This document shows positions 51,479 through 59,454 of a stretch of 64,000 nucleotides of DNA, in pieces. The notes beneath the pieces were generated by a model. The model was not told the DNA's origin. It made no database searches and was given only the letters and a program-made list of their open reading frames with translations. Where the stretch lies: the NCBI GenBank assembly GCA_963718515.1, contig OY970354.1, positions 694,808 through 758,807 on the forward strand, in the 5' to 3' direction. The stretch's first letter is position 1. Each line of letters starts with the position of its first letter. Position numbers and translations under genes: made by a program. This DNA comes from an uncultured bacterium (GTDB lineage Bacteria > Patescibacteriota > Minisyncoccia > UBA6257 > 2-01-FULL-56-20).

Positions 51479-52075
51479 CTACAAAATAAAGGGAATGAGT
51501 ATCTTTGTCCGTTTCATGTACGCCGGATACTCGTCCGGAAACTCCCTGAGCATCATCTTTTCTTCGGTCCTCGCGCTGTAGATAAAATAGATCCCTGCGA
51601 GGATAAGGATGAGGAGCCACATCGGCCCGTCCGCGAGCGACGTCCCGAACATCGCAAGAAGAAATCCGCTATAGATGGGATGCCGCACAAACCGGTACGG
51701 CCCTGACGTGACGAGTTCCGGCTTTTCCCGGAGCGTCATCGGCATGCCCCAATTTCTGCCTAAATGTACCCGCGCCCAGATGGCGAACGCAATGCCTGCG
51801 GCAGAGAGGATGACCCCGATGACGCCGAATAAAATACTGCCGCCCGGCGGGGCAACGGACCGGCTAAAGAGCGCCGATAAGAAATTTTCGAACATTCCCC
51901 TGTGTCCTCTATAGATGACGAAGATAACAATGATGAAGATCGCCAACCGGATCCCGAACGTCCGTAGCCACCACGACCATCCCGTCCGCACGCTTTTATT
52001 TGCGCGGAAGGCGGAAATGAACCAATAGGCCCACAGGATAACCCAAAATATGAGAGCGAGTAAGCCGATGCTCAT
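51479..52075 (-). CDS. ICMT family membrane methyltransferase (paralog of 40167..40724)
   Basis: VHLGRNWGMP...LVTSGPYRFVRHPIYSGFLLA. The ORF-track N-terminal extension to 52126 (MINYQAQNLEGL) is a relic of a VOC gene. Confidence 0.7.
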   Translation of the reverse strand: MSIGLLALIFWVILWAYWFISAFRANKSVRTGWSWWLRTFGIRLAIFIIVIFVIYRGHRGMFENFLSALFSRSVAPPGGSILFGVIGVILSAAGIAFAIWARVHLGRNWGMPMTLREKPELVTSGPYRFVRHPIYSGFLLAMFGTSLADGPMWLLILILAGIYFIYSARTEEKMMLREFPDEYPAYMKRTKILIPFIL

Positions 52076-52182
52076 GCCTCCGGTTCCCACAAGCCCTTCA
52101 AGATTCTGCGCTTGGTAATTTATCATAAAAGTATAGCAGAAGGGCGGGCGTTTGCGAGGCTTTATCTCTAATCTTTACTTCA

Positions 52183-52530
52183 TCATTTCATCTCCCCGCA
52201 TGGCCGCACAAGAACGTATCCGCCGTTTTTTATGATCGGAGACCCTTTTGCAATTTCTGCGGCAGTATCAAGCGATTCCGATTTTATGATGATGAAACCG
52301 CCTTCAGTATCATCGGAAAAGTGATGGTCCTCCAACCCCTCGGGATCGATCCGCTTTCCATCGGATTCCAATGGATAGCCGATTTCCATTTGTCCGGCAT
52401 CCATAAGACCCGCGATCCACGCGCCCCATCCGGCAAGATGTTTTTCCTGCGCCTCTTTGGACGTCCGATCAAGGTTGTCATATCGCAAAGCCGTATTGCC
52501 GCCGAAAAATGTGAGTAGATATTTTTTCAT
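52183..52530 (-). CDS. YCII-related (YciI-like) domain protein
   Basis: MKKYLLTFFGG...GGFIIIKSESLDTAAEIAKGSPI...VLVRP. Confidence 0.55.
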   Translation of the reverse strand: MKKYLLTFFGGNTALRYDNLDRTSKEAQEKHLAGWGAWIAGLMDAGQMEIGYPLESDGKRIDPEGLEDHHFSDDTEGGFIIIKSESLDTAAEIAKGSPIIKNGGYVLVRPCGEMK

Positions 52531-52551
52531 AAATATTATTTCGTTCGATGG

Positions 52552-52830
52552 TTATTTTCGCCTGGATGGCGATGGCACCTTAATTTTCTTGGCATGGTTA
52601 AATATAATAATTTTCCGCATCGAGTCGTGGGTGTGAATATTCACCTTGCTCACATTTGCCGCCACTTCATCGCCATCGCTCCATCCGGGGAAATTACTTG
52701 CGGCGCTCGTGTTATTGGATGTCTCCGCGCCGAGCGTCGTCGTGGGACTGAGATTCACCGGAATCAGGCTCGCGTGCGCCGCCCCATGAAGAGCAAGCGA
52801 GAGCGCCGCGCCAACCAAAAGCATGCCCAA
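52552..52830 (-). CDS. Possible small secreted protein
   Basis: The signal-like N-terminus is MGMLLVGAALSLALHGAAHA. Coding support is weak. Confidence 0.3.
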   Translation of the reverse strand: MGMLLVGAALSLALHGAAHASLIPVNLSPTTTLGAETSNNTSAASNFPGWSDGDEVAANVSKVNIHTHDSMRKIIIFNHAKKIKVPSPSRRK

Positions 52831-52934
52831 AAAAGGGCTGCTTTCTTCGTGAGGTTAATAACGTTTCTCTCGGCCCTCATGCTTTAATTGTACGCCAACT
52901 AGTTTTTAGGTACCCGCGTTGCGCGATCGCATCT

Positions 52935-55900
52935 TTATTGATCAAGGTTGTTCAGATATTTCCGCGTGATCGGGCCAAAATAACCAACGGCGGGCGTGAT
53001 GCCGGCGCTCTTCTGAAATTCACCGAGGGCGTTTTGCGTAAGGTTACCGAAGTAGGTCGATGCGCCGTGGAGCGCAAGTTTTTGTGCGGCCGGCCCCACG
53101 TGTTGGGCGATAAGAAATTCTTGAAGTTTCATCACATCATTGCCCGTCATGCCGAACTGGAGGTTCCGCGTAAAAGAGAAAGAAGGTAGTGACAAAATTC
53201 GCATTTCTAATGCATTCACCTGGGCAACCAGAGAGTTAATGATGCCCTCGAATGCGGCGCTCGTGGTCGCAGGTGCAGGTGCGGTTGTGAGCGATGGGAT
53301 AAGCGATCCGCCGCCAGCAACAGAAACGATGGGGGAAGTGCTCGTCGCCACATTTTGTGCAAAATTTGCGGTGACACTTACGTTTCCGGCGACATTCGTA
53401 TCGGCCCTTGGATTTGCCGTCGAGGCGTCGCTCCAGTTCACGAAATAATAACCACTGTTAGGAACTGCGCTCACCGCCGTACCGCTCGCGCCACCGGCGA
53501 CGGTCTGCGTCGAAGAGCCGAGGAGCGTCCCGTTCGGCCCTGCCGCATATGAAAGCGTATAGGTGGGATTGAGGATGGCATCGATGTCCTGTCCCCACTC
53601 ATTGCCGAAGAGATTCACTCCTGAGGTGGTCAGATGAACTCCGTCGATCAGATAGGTGCCAGTCGCGCTTTCCGTCGTCGTATATAAATTTGGATCGTTG
53701 CCCATCTCGCGGACCGTTGAACCGTTATCAAGCGAATCAATCTCTGCCTCATATCCCTGGAGATCGATATCGGATTGTGCGTTCCATATTCCCGATTGTT
53801 GGGGGTAATCAATGTACGGCTGATAGCTTACAAACACCCTTTGAATGCCGGCTCCCAAAAAGCCGTTGATGATATTCTGCATGTTTGTTTTATATTGAGC
53901 GGCGCTTACATTATTCGCGGTCTTTGCATCGTTGGTGCCCAACATAATGGTAACCATATTCGCTCCCTGACTTTGAATTTCCGCGAGTGCAGTGTTGTAG
54001 TCCGAACCGCCGGGTTGCCAATCGGAGGTCTCGGTCCCGCTTATGCCTTCGTTGTATGTGGTTGCAGAAATAAAATTACTATCTCCGGAAAGATATGTTT
54101 GCAGCGGCGTCAGCGGAGAAACGCCGCCGCCATTCGAACCGCCATTGGTTATAGAATCCCCCACCCCGACGATGAGCGCGGTCTTGACCGATAGCGGCTC
54201 CGTCTTCACGTGGATGTTACTGCTTGTCGCTACCGTACTCGAGGCATCCGCGACCCGCATTTGGTAATAGTAATCAGTGCCGGAGGCGAGGCCGGAATCA
54301 TTCAACGTCAGAGCGGTGGCGCCAGAAATATTTGAATACGATCCCCCGGAGCTTGTAGCACGCATCCATTGATACGAATATGGTGGATTGCCACCGGTCG
54401 CGGATGCGCTTGTCAATGAGATCGTACTCGTCCCGGTAGAAATAAAAGAGAGGGCACCCGGAACAGGGCTAGGGGCAGTCGTAGATCCATTGTAGTCGAC
54501 CGTCACATTATCATAAGACGTGGAAACGTTATTGTCCCCCATTCCGAAGTAGCCTGTCTGAAAATTATTACTCGTATCGGCATAGGTAAACGTCGACGTG
54601 CCCGGCAGGCTTCCCCCTTGTGGATATATATAGAGGCTGATGACGGGATTCCCACTTGTGTTGTTCACTACCTGCGCCACTGCGGTGTACCAGGTATTCG
54701 GATTGATCGTTGAGGTGTTTACGGTGGTGAGGCTGTTAAAATTGTTGCCACTGTTTGCGGTGTGAGAGGTAAGCGTCCATGTACCGGAGTTGTCGAAGAT
54801 AAGATATCCACCGGCATCGCCGGTGGCGACGCTTCTTCTTAACCAAAATTGCGGTACATCCGAAGTACTGCTCACGTTGAAATCCATCTGTAGGCGCTGA
54901 TCCGTCGACGACCCCGAGCCATTGACCATATAATTCTGACTGAAGTCGTCGGTGGTGCCGATGCTTGATCGAACGACGATGTTATTACTTCCCGTGCCCG
55001 ATGCAACCGACCAGACACCATTACTTCCCACGCTCCATCCATTTTGTCCGCTGATGTTACCGCCGGAAAGTCCGTCAAAATTGTCGGAGAAGGTGTGCGA
55101 AAAGATCGTTACCGGGATCGACGACGGATTCGTAAGCCCAGGACTGCTCGTCACGCTGAGCGTCGTCGTACCGTTCACACCCGGCGTGAAGGTGAAGGTC
55201 TGCGACGCAGAAGAGCTTGAAAAAGTAAGCGATGTCGGTGAGAACGTTCCGCCCGCACTGCTTGTTGGCGTGATCGTTCCGGAATAGGTGCCGTTCGGTG
55301 CGATGGTGTATGTGGAACTCGCTCCCACGACGACGGCCGACGACCCAGTAAAGGTGTATGCGGTCGCGGGCGTGGCGGCTACGGACACCACAAGCGACGA
55401 CGGATTCGTAAGCCCAGGACTGCTCGTCACGCTGAGCGTCGTCGTACCGTTCACACCCGGCGTGAAGGTGAAGGTCTGCGACGCAGAAGAGCTTGAAAAA
55501 GTAAGCGATGTCGGTGAGAACGTTCCGCCCGCACTGCTTGTTGGCGTGATCGTTCCGGAATAGGTGCCGTTCGGTGCGATGGTGTATGTGGAACTCGCTC
55601 CCACGACCGTCGATGTAGAACCCGTGAATGTATACGTGCTAGCGGGAATGTTGTAGCCTACCGTAACGTTATCGTACGATATGCCTGTATTGTTGGTACC
55701 TATCCCAAAATACCCGGAGGTAAACAGATCGCTCGTATCGGCATAGGTAAACGTCGACGTGCCCGGCAGGCTTCCCCCTTGTGGATATATATAGAGGCTG
55801 ATGACGGGATTCCCACTTGTGTTGTTCACTACCTGCGCCACTGCGGTGTACCAGGTATTCGGATTGATCGTTGAGGTGTTTACGGTGGTGAGGCTGTTAA

Positions 55901-56360
55901 AATTGTTGCCACTGTTTGCGGTGTGAGAGGTAAGCGTCCATGTACCGGAGTTGTCGAAGATAAGATATCCACCGGCATCGCCGGTGGCTGTCGTTTTTAG
56001 GAGCCAGATCTGGGGGCTGAAAGCGGTACTACTTACATTAAAATCAAATTGCAGTTGTTCCTCCGTCGACGACCCCGAGCCATTGACCATATAATTCTGA
56101 CTGAAGTCGTCGGTGGTGCCGATGCTTGATCGAACGACGATGTTATTACTTCCCGTGCCCGATGCAACCGACCAGACACCATTACTTCCCACGCTCCATC
56201 CATTTTGTCCGCTGATGTTACCGCCGGAAAGTCCGTCAAAATTGTCGGAGAAGGTGTGATAAAAGGTTGCGGCGACGACCGGCCTGGGCACTAAAAAGGA
56301 AGCTATAAAAAAGCCGCTCGCGCATAAAAATAATAATTTACTCTTATTATAAAATTTCAT
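52935..56360 (-). CDS. Giant secreted surface protein: duplicated lectin/LamG-like modules, Ig-like repeats, SGNH/GDSL hydrolase domain, C-terminal peptidoglycan-binding domain
   Basis: Signal peptide MKFYNKSKLLFLCASGFFIASFLV (alternative upstream start at 56441). GVGDSITNGG is the GDSL motif. YYFVNWSD is a repeat. The C-terminus is VMKLQEFLIAQ...YFGNLTQNALGEFQ. Confidence 0.8.
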   Translation of the reverse strand: MKFYNKSKLLFLCASGFFIASFLVPRPVVAATFYHTFSDNFDGLSGGNISGQNGWSVGSNGVWSVASGTGSNNIVVRSSIGTTDDFSQNYMVNGSGSSTEEQLQFDFNVSSTAFSPQIWLLKTTATGDAGGYLIFDNSGTWTLTSHTANSGNNFNSLTTVNTSTINPNTWYTAVAQVVNNTSGNPVISLYIYPQGGSLPGTSTFTYADTSDLFTSGYFGIGTNNTGISYDNVTVGYNIPASTYTFTGSTSTVVGASSTYTIAPNGTYSGTITPTSSAGGTFSPTSLTFSSSSASQTFTFTPGVNGTTTLSVTSSPGLTNPSSLVVSVAATPATAYTFTGSSAVVVGASSTYTIAPNGTYSGTITPTSSAGGTFSPTSLTFSSSSASQTFTFTPGVNGTTTLSVTSSPGLTNPSSIPVTIFSHTFSDNFDGLSGGNISGQNGWSVGSNGVWSVASGTGSNNIVVRSSIGTTDDFSQNYMVNGSGSSTDQRLQMDFNVSSTSDVPQFWLRRSVATGDAGGYLIFDNSGTWTLTSHTANSGNNFNSLTTVNTSTINPNTWYTAVAQVVNNTSGNPVISLYIYPQGGSLPGTSTFTYADTSNNFQTGYFGMGDNNVSTSYDNVTVDYNGSTTAPSPVPGALSFISTGTSTISLTSASATGGNPPYSYQWMRATSSGGSYSNISGATALTLNDSGLASGTDYYYQMRVADASSTVATSSNIHVKTEPLSVKTALIVGVGDSITNGGSNGGGVSPLTPLQTYLSGDSNFISATTYNEGISGTETSDWQPGGSDYNTALAEIQSQGANMVTIMLGTNDAKTANNVSAAQYKTNMQNIINGFLGAGIQRVFVSYQPYIDYPQQSGIWNAQSDIDLQGYEAEIDSLDNGSTVREMGNDPNLYTTTESATGTYLIDGVHLTTSGVNLFGNEWGQDIDAILNPTYTLSYAAGPNGTLLGSSTQTVAGGASGTAVSAVPNSGYYFVNWSDASTANPRADTNVAGNVSVTANFAQNVATSTSPIVSVAGGGSLIPSLTTAPAPATTSAAFEGIINSLVAQVNALEMRILSLPSFSFTRNLQFGMTGNDVMKLQEFLIAQHVGPAAQKLALHGASTYFGNLTQNALGEFQKSAGITPAVGYFGPITRKYLNNLDQ
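54571..56258. repeat. Two near-identical direct copies (54571-55097 and 55732-56258, offset 1161 bp = 387 codons) inside the surface-protein gene
   Basis: Long stretches are read as identical in both copies (e.g. ctcgtatcggcataggtaaacgtcgacgtgcccggcagg...). They are interrupted by one ~75-bp diverged patch. Confidence 0.85.
55119..55609. repeat. Tandem 276-bp (92-codon) repeat, ~215 bp identical in both copies, encoding an Ig-like module
   Basis: cgacgacggattcgtaagcccaggactgctcgtcacgctgagc... starts at both 55119 and 55395. The protein repeat is YTFTGS..VVGASSTYTIAPNGTYSGTITPTSSAGGTFSP... Confidence 0.85.
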
Positions 56361-56430
56361 GTGTAGCTTTATTATATCACCATAGGTGGTTGCGCAACGA
56401 AAAGCCTTGATCTTTAAAACTCTCTTGATT

Positions 56431-57111
56431 TTATTGAACACTCAGCTGACAATCCGTACTAGGTTTCCCGGTTGAAGGATCCCAACATTGATAGGCAATT
56501 ATTACGTCGTCAATTTCACCACGGGGGTCAGTCGTAGAAAGACCAATTTGAAAATTAATTTTATTGGTCGCATTTAACAAATCCGCCCAGTTAACAGTTT
56601 CAAAGTTCTGAGCATTTGGATTGTAAGGCAAGTTTGGTAAATAAGAAATACTCGTTAAAGGCAGTAATATTTGAGTTGTGCTGGTCGGTGCATTTGGTAT
56701 AGCAATTGTTTTTGATGCCAATAAGTGACCTCCTAATCCTTGAGGACTGATATAAACACTATCATAATTTGGGTCTAGAGCATGACCATCAATTCCTGCT
56801 TTGACATATAGATAGCCGCAAGCGATTTGACCCGCTCCCGAAGTTGTTATGGTGATGTCTTTACCATTCATAAAAATTCCACCGGAAGCGTACGTTTCAC
56901 TTAAATTATTCACAAGCTCCACAGACTGGCCAGAATTCACTAATGCTTGGTAGGAATTAAAATCTTCAGGACACTGCGGCGGCTGTGCAGGTACTGATAC
57001 TGTATTTTGTACGACTAAAGGTTTCCGCAATGAATTAACCACAAAGGTTGTGGCTATAACAACAACCGCTCCAATAACTAAGATAGCAGTAAATTGTTTA
57101 ACGGATTTCAT
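56431..57111 (-). CDS. Membrane-anchored hypothetical protein (low-GC gene)
   Basis: N-terminal TM helix. It overlaps its upstream neighbour by ATGA and is AT-richer than surrounding DNA by eye. Confidence 0.55.
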   Translation of the reverse strand: MKSVKQFTAILVIGAVVVIATTFVVNSLRKPLVVQNTVSVPAQPPQCPEDFNSYQALVNSGQSVELVNNLSETYASGGIFMNGKDITITTSGAGQIACGYLYVKAGIDGHALDPNYDSVYISPQGLGGHLLASKTIAIPNAPTSTTQILLPLTSISYLPNLPYNPNAQNFETVNWADLLNATNKINFQIGLSTTDPRGEIDDVIIAYQCWDPSTGKPSTDCQLSVQ

Positions 57112-57458
57112 GCTGGCTGATTTTTTAAGTTAGATTTTTCCCCTACTAATCTTACTAGGAATTTGAATAATTTTCCGACCAAATCCAACATCCACACAAA
57201 AACCCCTACGGCCACTAAGATTAACCCTATATGTACTATGTTGGCCATGCCGTCCCACCAAGCCAGGAAATTAGGTATCCTTTGTGGCTGAGCCCAGTCT
57301 ATTACCTCCACAATACAAAAAGCATAGAAAACTATATCCCCTCCATAATTCGGCTCGAGGCAATAAAAGATAATGGTAAGGGCAAAAATGCACGCTAGCA
57401 GGCTACCGAGCGAGAGATTTCTCATCCCTTTCAGCTTCTTAAGAGTGCTTTTCCCCAT
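57108..57458 (-). CDS. Hypothetical 3-TM membrane protein (low-GC gene)
   Basis: Hydrophobic 116-aa ORF, the first gene of an apparent operon starting just left of repeat copy A. Confidence 0.5.
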   Translation of the reverse strand: MGKSTLKKLKGMRNLSLGSLLACIFALTIIFYCLEPNYGGDIVFYAFCIVEVIDWAQPQRIPNFLAWWDGMANIVHIGLILVAVGVFVWMLDLVGKLFKFLVRLVGEKSNLKNQPA

Positions 57459-57500
57459 GTGACTACTTATGAGGTGAATAGGTTATTTAGTCCGCGTCGC

Positions 57501-57562
57501 GCGTTTACCTTTTCGCCCACTCAGAGGCACGGCGAGCTATCTTGTGGGGATCGAAGCGATAA
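57501..57562. repeat. Copy A of the rpsI-3'-end-like module (coding-tail part only, no terminator part)
   Basis: gcgtttaccttttcgcccactcagaggcacggcgagc...atcgaagcgata. The reverse complement reads ...RASEWAKR-stop, mimicking the S9 C-terminus RRAPQWAKR-stop. Confidence 0.8.
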
Positions 57563-57680
57563 AGAAAAACCCCATTGAAAGCGCGGAACTTCTGTTGCCA
57601 CCAATCGCGGAAATAAAAAAGAACCCATCCACCGAAACAGACAGGTTCTTTCCTGTTGCCCGATGAATGGGTCGTTGTGG

Positions 57681-58334
57681 TCAACCGATTGCATGTATCG
57701 TCTTGCGAAAGTCTTCGGGGTTACATCCGCGAAGACACGCAAGAAGTCCAACTCCCGAATCGCGTTGGTCTTTTGTCAGGTAATCCCATGCGGCCAAATA
57801 CTCTTTGTGCCTCCGTTCAGCCTTTTGTTCGGCTTTTTCAAAAGCGTTTCTGGCCTTGGCACGTACACGCCGTTGGACAGCAAGGTCAGCGGGTTTGGCG
57901 AGTTCGTGAATGCGCATGGCATCCAAATTGCTTCTCGCCTCATCGCGCTCCTTGAACGCATCCTCGGCTAATTTGGCATATCCCACGAGAACCTCACGGA
58001 GATGCGGTGCCATTCCCTCAGCTTCCTGCGAGTCACGCGGAAAGAGGAAGATAGAAAGATGTGTCACCTTCCACCACTTACGGACAAGCTCGCGGCGAGA
58101 CTTGTCTCCCATGTCAAGTACAAGAGAACCCCCGAAGCAAAGAACCGCGCCGACGGCTGCTCCGATCCCAACAATCCAGATGATGATGATCATGATCGTT
58201 GGCAATTTATCTGGAAGTGCTAGAACAAGCATCGCGACGAAAAATGCAATGCCGAGGGTAAAAATCATAAATCCACAGAGACAAACCTGTTCGAGCAGAT
58301 AGAACGCGATGTCTTTCTTGTTCAGACGAAACAT
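57681..58334 (-). CDS. Hypothetical membrane protein with C-terminal coiled-coil (cassette 1)
   Basis: 217 aa with 2-3 TM helices, then a charged helical region. A consensus-like promoter lies upstream. Confidence 0.5.
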   Translation of the reverse strand: MFRLNKKDIAFYLLEQVCLCGFMIFTLGIAFFVAMLVLALPDKLPTIMIIIIWIVGIGAAVGAVLCFGGSLVLDMGDKSRRELVRKWWKVTHLSIFLFPRDSQEAEGMAPHLREVLVGYAKLAEDAFKERDEARSNLDAMRIHELAKPADLAVQRRVRAKARNAFEKAEQKAERRHKEYLAAWDYLTKDQRDSGVGLLACLRGCNPEDFRKTIHAIG

Positions 58335-58481
58335 ATATTGCTCCTTGTTTCAGCTCCGTTTGCGGCGGCAGAACATCTCTGGAGTTGCGCTCCGGGCGTC
58401 GGGTTTGCGGCCCTTGGCCTTTTTTGATGATTCGATCCTCGGATGAAATGCTGGATTTCCGAGAAAACTGATACTGGCTAC

Positions 58482-58510
58482 ATTCTACCTCTTGACGGAT
58501 AGATTGTCAA
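58482..58510 (-). promoter_or_regulatory. Sigma-70-like promoter TTGACA-N17-TAGAAT for 57681..58334
   Basis: On the minus strand, ttgaca (58510..58505) is followed by 17 nt and tagaat (58487..58482). Confidence 0.55.
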
Positions 58511-58520
58511 ATGCTATAAT
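58492..58520 (+). promoter_or_regulatory. Sigma-70-like promoter TTGACG-N17-TATAAT for 58556..59110, overlapping the divergent promoter
   Basis: ttgacg (58492-58497) is followed by 17 nt and tataat (58515-58520). GAGGAGG lies before the ATG at 58556. Confidence 0.6.
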
Positions 58521-58555
58521 ACCCTACGGTACCGACAACTTGTCGAGGAGGAAAA

Positions 58556-59110
58556 ATGAAAAGGCTTGTTACGCTGTTTCAAGAGAAACTGGACGTATCG
58601 GTAAAGAACGCTACTTATCGGGTGATCGGAGTCGTCGTGGTGCTAATTTGTGCCGTTGCTACCCTCGTGGCGACCATTAGCACTTTTCCATTCGCTTCCA
58701 ATCTAACCGAAAGAATTTCGCTCTTGCCCGGCAACTACACTCAGGTGGACGAAATCCGGGATGGCGATGTGATGGTGAACACGGCGCAGTTCCTACAAGT
58801 GGCCAAGGGAAATACTTCCTTCGTATCACTGGGAAATCGCGCGATCGTCTATATGACGAAAGTAGGTGGTGTATCCTATCGGCACGAAGATGCGATCGGC
58901 TGGTACTTCTCTTACTACAACACTTCATCTCACATCGAGAATGGAGTGCTGATCAGGGAAAGGGAAAGGAGCGTCGGTGAAATGATTTTTGGACATATCA
59001 TCCTCCCTCTCATGATCCTGTTCATGCTCTTGCTCACATTTGTCCAACTCGAAAGTAAGCGTCTGTCGGGCTGGGAATCCAACGCAGAATATGCATCCGT
59101 ATGGATCTGA
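58556..59110 (+). CDS. Hypothetical membrane protein (cassette 1)
   Basis: Strong RBS GAGGAGG, an N-terminal and a C-terminal TM helix, and a terminator downstream. Confidence 0.55.
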   Translation: MKRLVTLFQEKLDVSVKNATYRVIGVVVVLICAVATLVATISTFPFASNLTERISLLPGNYTQVDEIRDGDVMVNTAQFLQVAKGNTSFVSLGNRAIVYMTKVGGVSYRHEDAIGWYFSYYNTSSHIENGVLIRERERSVGEMIFGHIILPLMILFMLLLTFVQLESKRLSGWESNAEYASVWI

Positions 59111-59131
59111 AGACCGAACAAGATAAACCCA

Positions 59132-59160
59132 AAGGGACAGCAGTGATGCTGTCCCTTTTC
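59132..59160 (+). terminator. Rho-independent terminator
   Basis: aagggacagc-agtgat-gctgtccctt followed by tttc. Confidence 0.7.
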
Positions 59161-59168
59161 TTATCTCT

Positions 59169-59373
59169 CCAATTTCTACACACATCACGTTCCCATGCAA
59201 AAATATTTCTCAAAATATTTTCATCTCACTCAATAATCCACGTATTCAATTTCCGCACATAAGAAAAACAGCCCGCATGATTGCTGGGCTGTTTGACTAT
59301 ATGCAGAATTTGTAGCGTTACCTTTTCGCCCACTCAGAGGCACGGTGGACGGTTACGTCAGCCGAAGGGATAG
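59169..59373. repeat. Copy B of the ~205-bp rpsI-3'-end + terminator module (direct repeat of copy C, 3463 bp away)
   Basis: ccaatttctacacacatc...cacataagaaaaacagcccgcatgattgctgggctgtttgactatatgcagaatttgtagcgttaccttttcgcccactcagag...gaagggatag. The central ~85 nt differ from copy C at 2 positions. Confidence 0.9.
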
Positions 59374-59397
59374 CTTTAAAGCTGATATTATTTTAAG

Positions 59398-59427
59398 TAA
59401 AAAAATGAGAGCTGGTCAGGCTCTCAT
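59398..59427 (-). terminator. Rho-independent terminator of the array/recombinase-like transcription unit
   Basis: The minus strand reads atgagagc-ctgacca-gctctcat followed by ttttttt, 28 nt after the stop codon. Confidence 0.75.
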
Positions 59428-59454
59428 GCTTTCTTTTACGACCATTGTTTTTTG

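Noticed and set aside
54872-56239. Duplicate 68-aa ORFs 54872..55078 and 56033..56239, and 55288..55563 / 54952..55287.
   Set aside because: They lie in alternative frames or strands of the duplicated blocks inside the giant surface-protein gene. Their identity simply reflects the DNA repeat.
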